From the NCBI GenBank assembly GCA_050293845.1, contig JBNKNM010000204.1:1-10093 (forward strand): DNA of 10,093 nucleotides. Direction: 5' to 3'. The position numbers and the translations under genes are program-made. This stretch comes from Pseudobacteriovorax sp. (GTDB lineage Bacteria; Bdellovibrionota_B; Oligoflexia; Oligoflexales; Oligoflexaceae). The notes under the pieces are model-generated. The model was not told the DNA's origin, searched no databases, and worked only from the letters and a program-made list of their open reading frames with translations. Shown here piece after piece: positions 1 through 8,469 of the stretch (its first letter is position 1; each line of letters opens with the position of its first letter).

Positions 1-120
1 GTGATATAGGAGGTGATCTATTTCACTATCATCCTTTCCTAAGAGCGTACGCTCCGTTATGGTAAAGACAAAGTAATGTTGTTTACTTTCTTCATTTAAT
101 GACAGCAATGTCAATCTCAC
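1..120 (-). CDS. Probable partial CDS running off the left edge (hypothetical protein, N-terminus only)
   Basis: The minus-strand frame is open from GTG at 120 (or TTG at 114/108; GGGTGAG lies 7 nt before TTG108) to position 1: MRLTLLSLNEESKQHYFVFTITERTLLGKDDSEIDHLLYH. It overlaps the stop of the 92..991 gene, as in an operon. Only 40 codons are visible. Confidence 0.35.
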   Translation of the reverse strand, partial: MRLTLLSLNEESKQHYFVFTITERTLLGKDDSEIDHLLYH

Positions 121-991
121 CCAGTCTATGAATATGAATAAATACTTGGTTTTCTAGGTTTTTCAAACTCGCAGCAAAGGTGGCAATAGGATGATAGCCA
201 AAACAAATCTGAGGACAATAAATATTCTCTCGCTGCCCTAACCCGTAATCTGCTAGTAAATTAAGGACTAAATCATTATCACATGCCAGCCAAAAGTTAG
301 ATGCTTCCCACTCAGAGCTAAGAGCCATTTTGGATATCTCAGATTCTACCCAAGAAAAAAAATGCCGAACAAATGACAAACTAACAAATTCCTCATGAGT
401 ACGATACTTATGCCAGCATACATTGGCGTGGGATTCAACTTGCTTCAAGAGGCCAACGATACCGTACCCAGACTCTGGCCGATAACCTTTTTTTTCCCAC
501 TCTTTATGAGTATTACGTTGTAGCTCCAGGCGATTAAATCTTCCAGACTTTTCCTCTAAAACCAAGTCATGATATGGCACTAAGGTATGATTGAAGCTCT
601 CGTGCCATTTAGCAGATAGAATGTCCTGGTAATTGGAACGATCATCAGCAGTACTACGTCTGTCACAAAGCACTTGTCTCCCTTCCCAAATAGTTAGCGT
701 ATTATCTTTTTTGCCAGCTATCTCGGCAAGAAAATCCCTTTGATCGATGTGGTAAAGGGAAGGGTTCTTAAACAGAGAAAATGATGATACTTGCGATGCA
801 CTTAAATTTTCGGAATAAATATCTAATGTCGGTTCGGCTTTACATTTTTGTAACAGTTCAAGGATGACACTCATGATTAATTTATTATACTTCACTGACT
901 GAGGAATATGCTGGGGTAACCCACGATGTATAAATACTCTTACCGGGCAAATGGCAATATCATAAGAATCAATAAGCGTTGCAAAAGTCAT
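92..991 (-). CDS. Hypothetical protein (299 aa)
   Basis: Long ORF whose ATG (991-989) overlaps the TGA of the upstream TPR gene (ATGA, 988-991), indicating translational coupling. No family motif recognised. Confidence 0.8.
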   Translation of the reverse strand: MTFATLIDSYDIAICPVRVFIHRGLPQHIPQSVKYNKLIMSVILELLQKCKAEPTLDIYSENLSASQVSSFSLFKNPSLYHIDQRDFLAEIAGKKDNTLTIWEGRQVLCDRRSTADDRSNYQDILSAKWHESFNHTLVPYHDLVLEEKSGRFNRLELQRNTHKEWEKKGYRPESGYGIVGLLKQVESHANVCWHKYRTHEEFVSLSFVRHFFSWVESEISKMALSSEWEASNFWLACDNDLVLNLLADYGLGQRENIYCPQICFGYHPIATFAASLKNLENQVFIHIHRLGEIDIAVIK

Positions 992-2076
992 TGGCGACCC
1001 AAACCATCTTCTATGCGCCCAATAGCCTCATCTAACCTTTCTTGAAGATAACCTTTATCCGTCGCATCACGCATCTGCCTTAGCCAATGTATTACTTTTG
1101 TCCAATTTTTCTGCTCAATGTATATTTCTATTAAATTTTCTACAGACTCCAGTAAGCTGTGCTTAGCAGAAAAGCTCTTTTCATAACAATGAATGGCATT
1201 ATCAATATCTGCCATCAATTCATATAGCTCTCCCATTTTCAGATAAATAATGGCCTTGCTCTTATCGCTGTCCACTTTCTCAAGAAATTTCGCAAGAATA
1301 TCCAAGCAACCTTTCCAGTCACGTTTTCTATAAAAGGCTTCGTAATAAAGGGAACTTGTATCCAAAGGAGACCCCTGGCAATATCCATCAAGAACATCTA
1401 GGCATAATTGTGGCTGATCCAGCTGAAACAGATATACTGTAGCTAGCTCCTGAGCGATACGATAAGCATCATTCTTATGGCGAGAGGACTCATGTAGAGT
1501 TTTTAATATACGAACAACATTTGCCCAGTCTTGTGATTGGGTAAAAATCGCCTTAAAAAAACGTAACGCTTTTATATTCGTGGGATCAAGTTCAAGAAGA
1601 TTTTCAAATGATTGATTTAATTTTTCTTCATTATACTTTTTCTTTTCAAAGATAAGGCACAGCCTTTCTAAACATTCAACTTTTTCTCCAGTAGTCTGTA
1701 GCTCACCATAAATGGCTTCCAGTATTGCCGCCTCGCTCTCAAAATCGTCCTCCTTTAGGATTTCCCCCAAGAGCTTCACTCGAAAGCTTTTATAATCCAG
1801 GCGAAAATTTTGCATGAGTTCCCGACAGGTTCGCGCTCCCGCATCCATATCTTCTAAATACAAGGTATGCACCCTCGCTAACCGGGTATAATCGGAAATT
1901 TCCTGACTAGCAGAGGAGGCAATTTTTTGATTTAATAATCGGAAAAGAGGCTGCCAGCACTCGAATTGCTCAAGGGTATCCAAATACTGGTGCCATTGGG
2001 ATTCGCCAACATTAGATTGATTGATGTCTGCAATAATGTGCCTGATTGTCGACTGGCGTTCTTGCTGTCTTACCAC
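988..2076 (-). CDS. Tetratricopeptide-repeat (TPR) protein, ~362 aa
   Basis: All-helical sequence with TPR-like motifs (FENLLELDPTNIKALR; AIIYLKMGELYELMADIDNAIHCYEKSF; ENLIEIYIEQKNWTKVI). The in-frame GTG at 2076 has GGAG 7 nt upstream and is preferred over the track's TTG at 2100. Confidence 0.85.
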   Translation of the reverse strand: MVRQQERQSTIRHIIADINQSNVGESQWHQYLDTLEQFECWQPLFRLLNQKIASSASQEISDYTRLARVHTLYLEDMDAGARTCRELMQNFRLDYKSFRVKLLGEILKEDDFESEAAILEAIYGELQTTGEKVECLERLCLIFEKKKYNEEKLNQSFENLLELDPTNIKALRFFKAIFTQSQDWANVVRILKTLHESSRHKNDAYRIAQELATVYLFQLDQPQLCLDVLDGYCQGSPLDTSSLYYEAFYRKRDWKGCLDILAKFLEKVDSDKSKAIIYLKMGELYELMADIDNAIHCYEKSFSAKHSLLESVENLIEIYIEQKNWTKVIHWLRQMRDATDKGYLQERLDEAIGRIEDGLGRQ

Positions 2077-2174
2077 TAGCAAACTCCGACCCAAAACCAA
2101 ATCAAAATCATATCATACCAAAAAGATGGCAAATAAACTTTGGTTTTTTAATCAGTCCATCTTGAAGTCCAGAT

Positions 2175-2771
2175 CTATGACATCATTAAACTATCTAAAA
2201 TCAACTTTTTAGTTGAACTAACCATCTCGTCATAATCAAAAACCGTCTCATCAAATAACCATTGTAGACTTACACCATCAATAACCGAGAGAACAAAAGA
2301 AGCAAAAAGGTTCGGATCAACTTTCTTAAACACTCCTGCTTGCACACCCTCAATAATAACCGAAGCACAGGTATCTCTGAACTTGGCATAGTGACGAGAG
2401 ATCACCTGCCGCACTTCTTTTTTCTGATTTATTTGAGTCCAGAAATCCATATTTACCTGGTAGTATTCCTTTGTGCTACGCACCACATCAAATGACACAG
2501 ACATGAAAATATCTAGTTTTTTAATGGGGTCATCAATGGACTTCATATCATGGGCTAGGACACTTTCTATGTCACCCGCGACCCGATCGAGAACCGACAT
2601 CATAAGGTCATCTTTATTCAGGAAATAATAATGAATGATACCTTTACTGACTCCTGCAGTTCTCGCCACATCTTGCATCGAAAAATTATGGTAACCGTGC
2701 TTAGTGATACACTCAACAGTTGCACGAACGATTTGATCCTTTCGCTCAGCAGCCACATCTGGCTTAGACAT
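2175..2771 (-). CDS. TetR/AcrR family transcriptional regulator (BetI-like C-terminal domain)
   Basis: N-terminal TetR HTH: RKDQIVRATVECITKHGYHNFSMQDVARTAGVSKGIIHYYFLNKDDL. The C-terminal IDGVSLQWL resembles BetI-type ligand domains. SD GAGGAG lies upstream of the ATG. Confidence 0.95.
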   Translation of the reverse strand: MSKPDVAAERKDQIVRATVECITKHGYHNFSMQDVARTAGVSKGIIHYYFLNKDDLMMSVLDRVAGDIESVLAHDMKSIDDPIKKLDIFMSVSFDVVRSTKEYYQVNMDFWTQINQKKEVRQVISRHYAKFRDTCASVIIEGVQAGVFKKVDPNLFASFVLSVIDGVSLQWLFDETVFDYDEMVSSTKKLILDSLMMS

Positions 2772-2894
2772 TTAAATTTTCTCCTCAGCAAAGCAGTTTG
2801 TTAGTACGTAGTTTTGGTACATTTCTGAAGATTTGATTTTATCACGAAACTGCTGGGTTTCAACCTTAATCCTTTGCCTTCTACTACCTTTCCC

Positions 2895-2947
2895 CGATTA
2901 ACAGTTATTAAGGATCAAAGCAAGAATATGGTGTTAACTGTCTATCG
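2895..2947. promoter_or_regulatory. Imperfect inverted repeat in the tetR / outer-membrane operon divergent intergenic region (candidate operator or hairpin)
   Basis: CGATTAACAGTTA (2895-2907) and TAACTGTCTATCG (2935-2947) are complementary at 11/13 positions, with a 27-nt spacer. A -10-like TATGAT follows at 2970-2975. Confidence 0.35.
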
Positions 2948-3034
2948 TTATTGGAATCAAGACGTTAAGTATGATAAATTTATTTCATAGTAAATACAGT
3001 CAAAAGTCTAAATACTCCGCAATTGGGAGAAGCT

Positions 3035-4117
3035 ATGAATAAAATGTGGGGCACTACGCTCATCATTGCCACACTTAGTGTCACCCCATGGGCCGCTGCG
3101 CAGTCGCGGCGATGGACTCATTTTGGGTTGCGTCCCTTAGGGATGGGAAACGCCTATGTTGCTGTCGCCGACGACTTTAATGCACTCTACTACAATCCCG
3201 CAGGTCTTGCCCGGATCAAATCCTGGGATGGAGAGCTCATCAACCTAAGTCCGACCCTATCGGCAAAATCTTTAGATTTATATAAAGATGTTAAAGATTT
3301 GGATAGTACCGGTATCAACAACACCATCGACCTTATCGAACAATATACGGGAGAGAACCAATACCTGTCGCTCGGACTTTCCCCGCATCTCATTTTCCCA
3401 AATTTTGGTTTCGGCTTTAGCACTCAATTCGAACTCTCCATGGTGTTTCACAGGGAAATCTCTGTGGACTTGAAGGCAGGCTTAGACGTGATAATGCCGA
3501 TTGCATTTGCTATGAACTTTTTCCAGGAAAAATTGAGCGTGGGACTCGGCTTAAAGGTGAGGACCATCACCGGTGTCGATCAGGAATTCAGTATGGAAGA
3601 TATTGATAGCTTCAACGAAAGCGATCAGCTGGAAAATTACGCAAAATCTGGCATGGGATATGGAGCCGATATAGGGCTCCTTTTCACACCGACTCCCATC
3701 ATGGAACCTACTATTGGCCTTAGCATTACCGATTTGGGAGGAGTCGCGTTTTCAGAGTTTGATATCGGTACCGAAAAAAAGTTAGGCATTCCGGCGGTTC
3801 AGCTTCCTAGCGTAAACCTAGGGCTTAGTTTGAAACCGATCCAGGGACAAGGCCGGTATGTGCTCGTCGCTATAGATATGCACTCCATTAATCAGCCCTA
3901 CTCATTTTCAAAGAAATTGCAACTTGGCTCAGAATTTGGCTGGGGGCAGTTTTTAAAGGCCCAGCTAGGCCTATATCAAGGCTATCCCACAGCCGGTCTC
4001 CAACTTGACGCTGGGATTGTAAACCTGCGCCTGCTCACCTATGCCGAAGAATTAGGAGAAGTTGCCGGTACCAAAGCGAGTCGTCGCTACGCCTTTCAAA
4101 TCAAACTATTACTCTAG
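3035..4117 (+). CDS. Outer-membrane beta-barrel protein, FadL/PorV/TraF_2-like superfamily (360 aa)
   Basis: Signal peptide ending WAAA/Q. The N-terminal plug motif GLRPLGMGNAYVAVADDFNALYYNPAGLA matches the G-x-R-x-x-G-M-G-x-A...YYNPAGL signature of this group. Alternating amphipathic strands run through the rest. ATG at 3035 is preceded by GGGAGA. Confidence 0.85.
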   Translation: MNKMWGTTLIIATLSVTPWAAAQSRRWTHFGLRPLGMGNAYVAVADDFNALYYNPAGLARIKSWDGELINLSPTLSAKSLDLYKDVKDLDSTGINNTIDLIEQYTGENQYLSLGLSPHLIFPNFGFGFSTQFELSMVFHREISVDLKAGLDVIMPIAFAMNFFQEKLSVGLGLKVRTITGVDQEFSMEDIDSFNESDQLENYAKSGMGYGADIGLLFTPTPIMEPTIGLSITDLGGVAFSEFDIGTEKKLGIPAVQLPSVNLGLSLKPIQGQGRYVLVAIDMHSINQPYSFSKKLQLGSEFGWGQFLKAQLGLYQGYPTAGLQLDAGIVNLRLLTYAEELGEVAGTKASRRYAFQIKLLL

Positions 4118-4127
4118 GAGTCTACCT

Positions 4128-4841
4128 ATGATTCGTGTAACAATCTTGCTCATTTATCTGGGCGCTCTGGGAGCTGACTCTCTCATGGCAAAGGGCCTAA
4201 AAGACCTTTCCCCGAAAGAAACCGAAACAACAACACCCGACGTAAATGAAAAGCCTGCGACAGCTCCTAAGGCTACGGAACAACCAGAAGTTCCTGCCGA
4301 TCAAGCAGTTGCTAAAGAGAAGGACAGCAAGGTTAGTAAGGAACCCAGCGACTTGGGAGGAAAATTTTTATTCGGCCTCGAACTAGGTTTCTACAACCTT
4401 AAGGCTAGCTCTCATAGCTGGTCGACAGGAATGTCTTCCGGATTTAACAGCGGCTATAGGCTGATATCCCCCATGAAAAAAGTTAATATTTTTCTGGCTT
4501 ATTCCTTCAGTCCAGTCGATGTGCTTGTTAGCACAGATAGCGGAGAATACCGCGGTATTATCGAAAATCATGGTATCGGAGCGCTGGCTCAATACTCCCA
4601 TAGGAAGAACCTTCTATTCGCAGTACGGAGTGAAGTCGGGTTGTCTACGGCGAATCTACACGCCATTACGACTATCCCAGCAGATGCCAAAGACCCCGAA
4701 ACTTCTGGCTTTAACCTAAGAATCGGAGGTAACGCTTTCTGGAAGTTTCAGGATAATGTATGGTTTGGAGGTGGCATCAATTTGGCTCTCGGTACCTTTA
4801 CAGGTTGGAGTGCCGTGCTAAACACACAGCTTGTACTCTGA
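4128..4841 (+). CDS. Small outer-membrane beta-barrel protein with N-terminal P/E/T/K-rich disordered linker (237 aa)
   Basis: ATG at 4128 has AGGAG at 4116-4120, overlapping the previous stop. It carries a signal peptide (MIRVTILLIYLGALGADSLMA), a low-complexity linker, and about 8 amphipathic strands (e.g. FLFGLELGFY, FNLRIGGNAFW, VWFGGGINL). Confidence 0.75.
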   Translation: MIRVTILLIYLGALGADSLMAKGLKDLSPKETETTTPDVNEKPATAPKATEQPEVPADQAVAKEKDSKVSKEPSDLGGKFLFGLELGFYNLKASSHSWSTGMSSGFNSGYRLISPMKKVNIFLAYSFSPVDVLVSTDSGEYRGIIENHGIGALAQYSHRKNLLFAVRSEVGLSTANLHAITTIPADAKDPETSGFNLRIGGNAFWKFQDNVWFGGGINLALGTFTGWSAVLNTQLVL

Positions 4842-4869
4842 TGGAATGCTGAGATTGGTTCAGTAGTGT

Positions 4870-6405
4870 ATGATAAAAAATTTTTTTCTGTTGCTTACCC
4901 TAACGCTCTGGTCAACTGCTTGCAGACCTGAGTCCCCTACGGGGCAATTACTTGTAAAAGCACCTAATGATGGGACCTATGAGATCTATCGCATCGCCGG
5001 AGAAGCGCCCCTACAGTTTGTCTCCGAGGAAATCGGTCATTTTAACCAACTCATTGAACTTCCCGTTGGGAATTATCTCATTTTAGCTGACTGTAGCCAT
5101 GAGATGATAGTTCTTAACCCCTTCGAACAGGAAGAGCTTATCAGCCATAAGGTGGAGTTTATCCCCCCCCACGAAAAGTCTGCGGGAGACAAGTTTTCCA
5201 TCCAGTGCAACCGCTTCACTAAAACCAAGTCAATACAACACTTACGCAATCGTTATTCGTTAAATGTTCTTGACGGAAAAAGAGACTTACTGGTGGGTAT
5301 GGTACCTCTAAGTATCGACTTTAAAAGTGATGAAGGGGAGCATCACCCAACTACTTTGACTTATCAATTATCAGCCATCCAATTAGCTTCCTATCCGGGT
5401 ATGACTCCCAAAACTCTATTCTTTGTTTCACCTGCTAATAACCTGATTTCCATAACTGAAAATCAAGAGTTTGGTAACTGGCTATACCTATTATCTGGGG
5501 ATTACATGGTCGAGGTCAATGGTACCGCTTCCCAAATCACCTTAAAAGAAAATGAGAGTCATAAGATCGATCCAGCATTTATACGGGTTTCAACAAATAG
5601 CTCCATTAACCTGGAAATATCCTCCAATATACTCGGTACCCCTCTTTATGTAGAATTAAACGATCAGCATTGGTTAGATCTCAACGAAACCTACCCGGTA
5701 CTGCCAGGTTTAGCCAAATTGAAACTTAATGGGTCTTTCAAGTCCAAAGAAGTAGAGTTAATAGCCAATAAAATACGCGATGAGTCGGTAAGATCAGTCC
5801 AAATTGCCTTAGACTGTTCCCCTTGGGACTGGGATTGCTTAGGCCAGAGAAAGGTATACCTTTACGAAAGGGATCAACTGTATCCTTTTGCGGAGGGCCT
5901 TACGGATGTGCCTATTTTGTTTTTTGAGGATGAAGATGTATGGGTCGGAGTTGAAGGCTCGCGAGATATTCGCTATCAACTTACGGACAAGCAAGATCAT
6001 TTTTTTCTCAAGGTTGGTAACGTCAAGTTAATACCTCGTCATGTTCATCGTGCCGGCCAAATAACAGATCTTGTCAGGATTGAGTCCATCGGCAGCCCCT
6101 TCAAAGGAGTTAGTCTTGACCTGCCCCTGGATAAGGAAATTACCATTCCCCTTATCGAAGGAAGGTTCTACCTATCACAATACACCTCGTCATTCTCACA
6201 GGAGTATGAGCGTCGAAGCAGCCGGAAGGTTTTAAAAGTACGACAAAAAACCAACCCCCAAATAGGGTATACTGTCTTTGTTTCTGAGAAGAAGCTCAAA
6301 GCACTCAAAAAAATTCGCCAAAAAAAAGCTTCCAGAAAAAAAGACAAAGTCGCCAAGTCAAAGAAAAAAGAGTTAGAGGCTATTATCCCAGCTGAGGTCT
6401 ACTAA
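4870..6405 (+). CDS. Putative lipoprotein with tandem beta-sandwich-like modules and a Lys-rich C-terminal tail (511 aa)
   Basis: Hydrophobic signal with lipobox-like WSTA-C18. The body is beta-rich with periodic LxxGxYxV-like motifs. A basic tail spans aa 474-500. It starts 28 nt after the previous gene. Confidence 0.8.
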   Translation: MIKNFFLLLTLTLWSTACRPESPTGQLLVKAPNDGTYEIYRIAGEAPLQFVSEEIGHFNQLIELPVGNYLILADCSHEMIVLNPFEQEELISHKVEFIPPHEKSAGDKFSIQCNRFTKTKSIQHLRNRYSLNVLDGKRDLLVGMVPLSIDFKSDEGEHHPTTLTYQLSAIQLASYPGMTPKTLFFVSPANNLISITENQEFGNWLYLLSGDYMVEVNGTASQITLKENESHKIDPAFIRVSTNSSINLEISSNILGTPLYVELNDQHWLDLNETYPVLPGLAKLKLNGSFKSKEVELIANKIRDESVRSVQIALDCSPWDWDCLGQRKVYLYERDQLYPFAEGLTDVPILFFEDEDVWVGVEGSRDIRYQLTDKQDHFFLKVGNVKLIPRHVHRAGQITDLVRIESIGSPFKGVSLDLPLDKEITIPLIEGRFYLSQYTSSFSQEYERRSSRKVLKVRQKTNPQIGYTVFVSEKKLKALKKIRQKKASRKKDKVAKSKKKELEAIIPAEVY

Positions 6406-6583
6406 TCGGAATCCAAAAAATTCTTTGTTTGCAGCGTTTTGCCAACCTTCCGAAATCCTCACATAGCTTGGTACGCTGCGGTTTAATAAGGTCTCTATCC
6501 TTGCCCCTGAAGCTTTTTCGGACTCTTTAAAGCGCTTGACTAATGTTGCAATTTCCCGCTCCGAGTACTAAAGCCGCAGCAGA

Positions 6584-8343
6584 TTACCGACACTCAATTT
6601 CTCTTCTCAGGGACATGGCATTCTCTAAACTAGACTTGGTAATTTTTCCTCCTGATAGCAACCTGGCAACTTCTTCCAAGCTACTCTTCTCGTTCAACTT
6701 AAATATCCTTGATTCTGTGCGCCCATCCTCAACTTTTTTTATGACTTTGAAATGCGTGTTACCAAATACCGCAACTTGTGGGAGATGACTGATACAAATT
6801 ACCTGAAAGCGATATGATATATCGGCAAGCTTCTGACCAACAATACTTGCAGTCTGCCCTGAAATTCCTGTATCGATCTCATCAAATACCATGACACAGG
6901 TCTGCGCATCTGCGGATAACACTTTTTTAATTCCCAACATAATGCGAGCAACCTCCCCACCCGATGCTATTTTTGCCAGGGGCTTGGCATCCTCACCCAG
7001 ATTCGACCTCAGTAGAAACTGTACCTTATCGAGCCCCATGGAGCCACAACTGCTGAGTTGATCCATAAGTGACGCAAACTTCTCTTTCCAGCCTGTCACC
7101 AAAATGGAGCCATCAATATCAGGAAACGAGTTTGCATGCTCCTCCATTTCCAGACATAATTCTGCACCCTTCATATTGAGTTGCTGGAGCTCCTTTTTGA
7201 TACGCCTTGCAATTTTTCCAAAGGTTCGTTGGCGCTCCGCTCGCAGCTTCACCCCATGACCTTTAAGCTGGGATGTCAAGGTCACAAGCTCTTCCATCGT
7301 TTTATGAATGAGTTCGTTGGCCTGATCCAAGAAGCACAACTCATCCTCAAAATGCATTTTAACCTGAAGCAATTGCTCCACAGTTTGTACATTAAGCTTT
7401 TAAAAAGATCTTTATACTTTGCCAGCCTTTCCTGGCTACTCTGGATCGAGGCTTCGTCAATATCCAGGCTGGAAAGCTTTTTACCTATATTAAAGCTGAA
7501 ATCATCAATTTTTCCTTCGATATCAACGCTAGATGCTACCAGTTCCTCAATGTCCTTAGCCTCATCAATTTGGGCAAGTAGCCTATTAACTTCATGAAAG
7601 GCTCGGCTCAAACCACGCCCCCCATAGGAACTGTCAATAATCTGTTCTACTTCTGATAGAAAACGACGCTGTTTAATCTCACCTTTCGACTGGTGCAGAA
7701 TTTCAGTGATACTATCAAACTCTTCTTTCTGGGGTGAGAAATCCTGCAATTCTTTGAGACGGAATTCAAAATAATCCCGATCCCGACTTTTATGTTGATA
7801 GTCCTGAATGAGGTGATAGAGATCCCTAAGCTTTTTTTGTACCAAACGGTAGGTTTCTTGATAGTTTGTCAACAAAGATGGAACCTCTAAAAATTGATCC
7901 ACATAAGAGCAATGGTTCTGAGCGTCCATCAGAAGATGGTTATCGTGCTGGCCAAAGATATCAATGAGCTGCACCCCTAATTGCTTGAGGGTACTTTGGG
8001 TCACAGGAAGATCATTAATCCAGGCCTGACTCCTTCCCTTGCGGGCTACCTGCCTGCGGATGATCAAGGCTCCTTGAGGATCGATTTCTAAACCCTTTTC
8101 ATTTGCACCGACAAAAAATGGGTGGGAAGGCTCCAGCTCAAACACAGCAGAAACGCTAGCTTTGGACCAGCCATTACGGATCACATCGGATTGCGCCTTG
8201 CCACCAAGAACTAGGTTGAGGGCCTTGATTAAGATCGACTTCCCGGCACCCGTCTCTCCAGTAATAACGTTGAGTCCCATGGAGAAGTCAATATTTAGCT
8301 CCTCAATGATCGCCAGTCCTTTAATGCTCAAATGAGTCAACAT
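6584..8343 (-). pseudogene. recN: DNA repair protein RecN, split by a 1-nt frameshift at ~7398-7401 (true lesion or sequencing indel)
   Basis: The 5' ORF (8343 start, SD AAGGA) has Walker A GETGAGKS and the Q-loop FGQHDNH. The 3' ORF has the signature KIASGGE, Walker B/D-loop VFDEIDTGISG and ISHLPQVA. Adding one A to CTTTTTAAAAG (minus strand) fuses them into a 586-aa frame reading ...ERLAKYKDLFKKLNVQTVEQLL... Confidence 0.93.
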
Positions 8344-8440
8344 AAGTTGTCCTTTCAGGGAACCAATCCATAAAGCACGACAAACCTGTTATTTGCTCCT
8401 ACAAGATTGACTTGCAATGCGGGAGTAGCAGAGCATAGAA

Positions 8441-8469
8441 AAGATGGCAGTCATGGGGCGAAAAGTCAA
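8441..8469 (-). promoter_or_regulatory. Candidate sigma70-type promoter for recN
   Basis: TTGACT (8469-8464), 17-nt spacer ending TGC, then CATCTT (8446-8441). The -35 is good; the extended -10 is weak. Confidence 0.3.

Noticed and set aside
8..18. AGGAGGTGATC, an 11-nt perfect complement of the 16S rRNA 3' end (GATCACCTCCT on the minus strand)
   Set aside because: No other 16S sequence lies upstream on the minus strand and no plus-strand start codon follows at usable spacing. It falls within a probable minus-strand CDS (DHLL), so it is treated as coincidence.
3035..4117. Conjugative element implied by TraF-like similarity
   Set aside because: There is no relaxase, VirB4/TraC, coupling protein or pilin nearby, and this barrel motif is shared with non-conjugative FadL/PorV-type proteins.
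6373..6567. Minus-strand frame of about 64 codons downstream of recN (YSEREIATLVKRF...)
   Set aside because: It has no canonical start near its 5' end, overlaps the lipoprotein 3' end, shows no motif, and its length is compatible with chance.
2021..7597. Short nested ORFs (2021..2212, 3190..3423, 3288..3473, 4383..4601, 4519..4719, 6168..6356, 6543..6788, 7181..7597)
   Set aside because: All overlap better-supported genes in another frame or strand and show no motifs.
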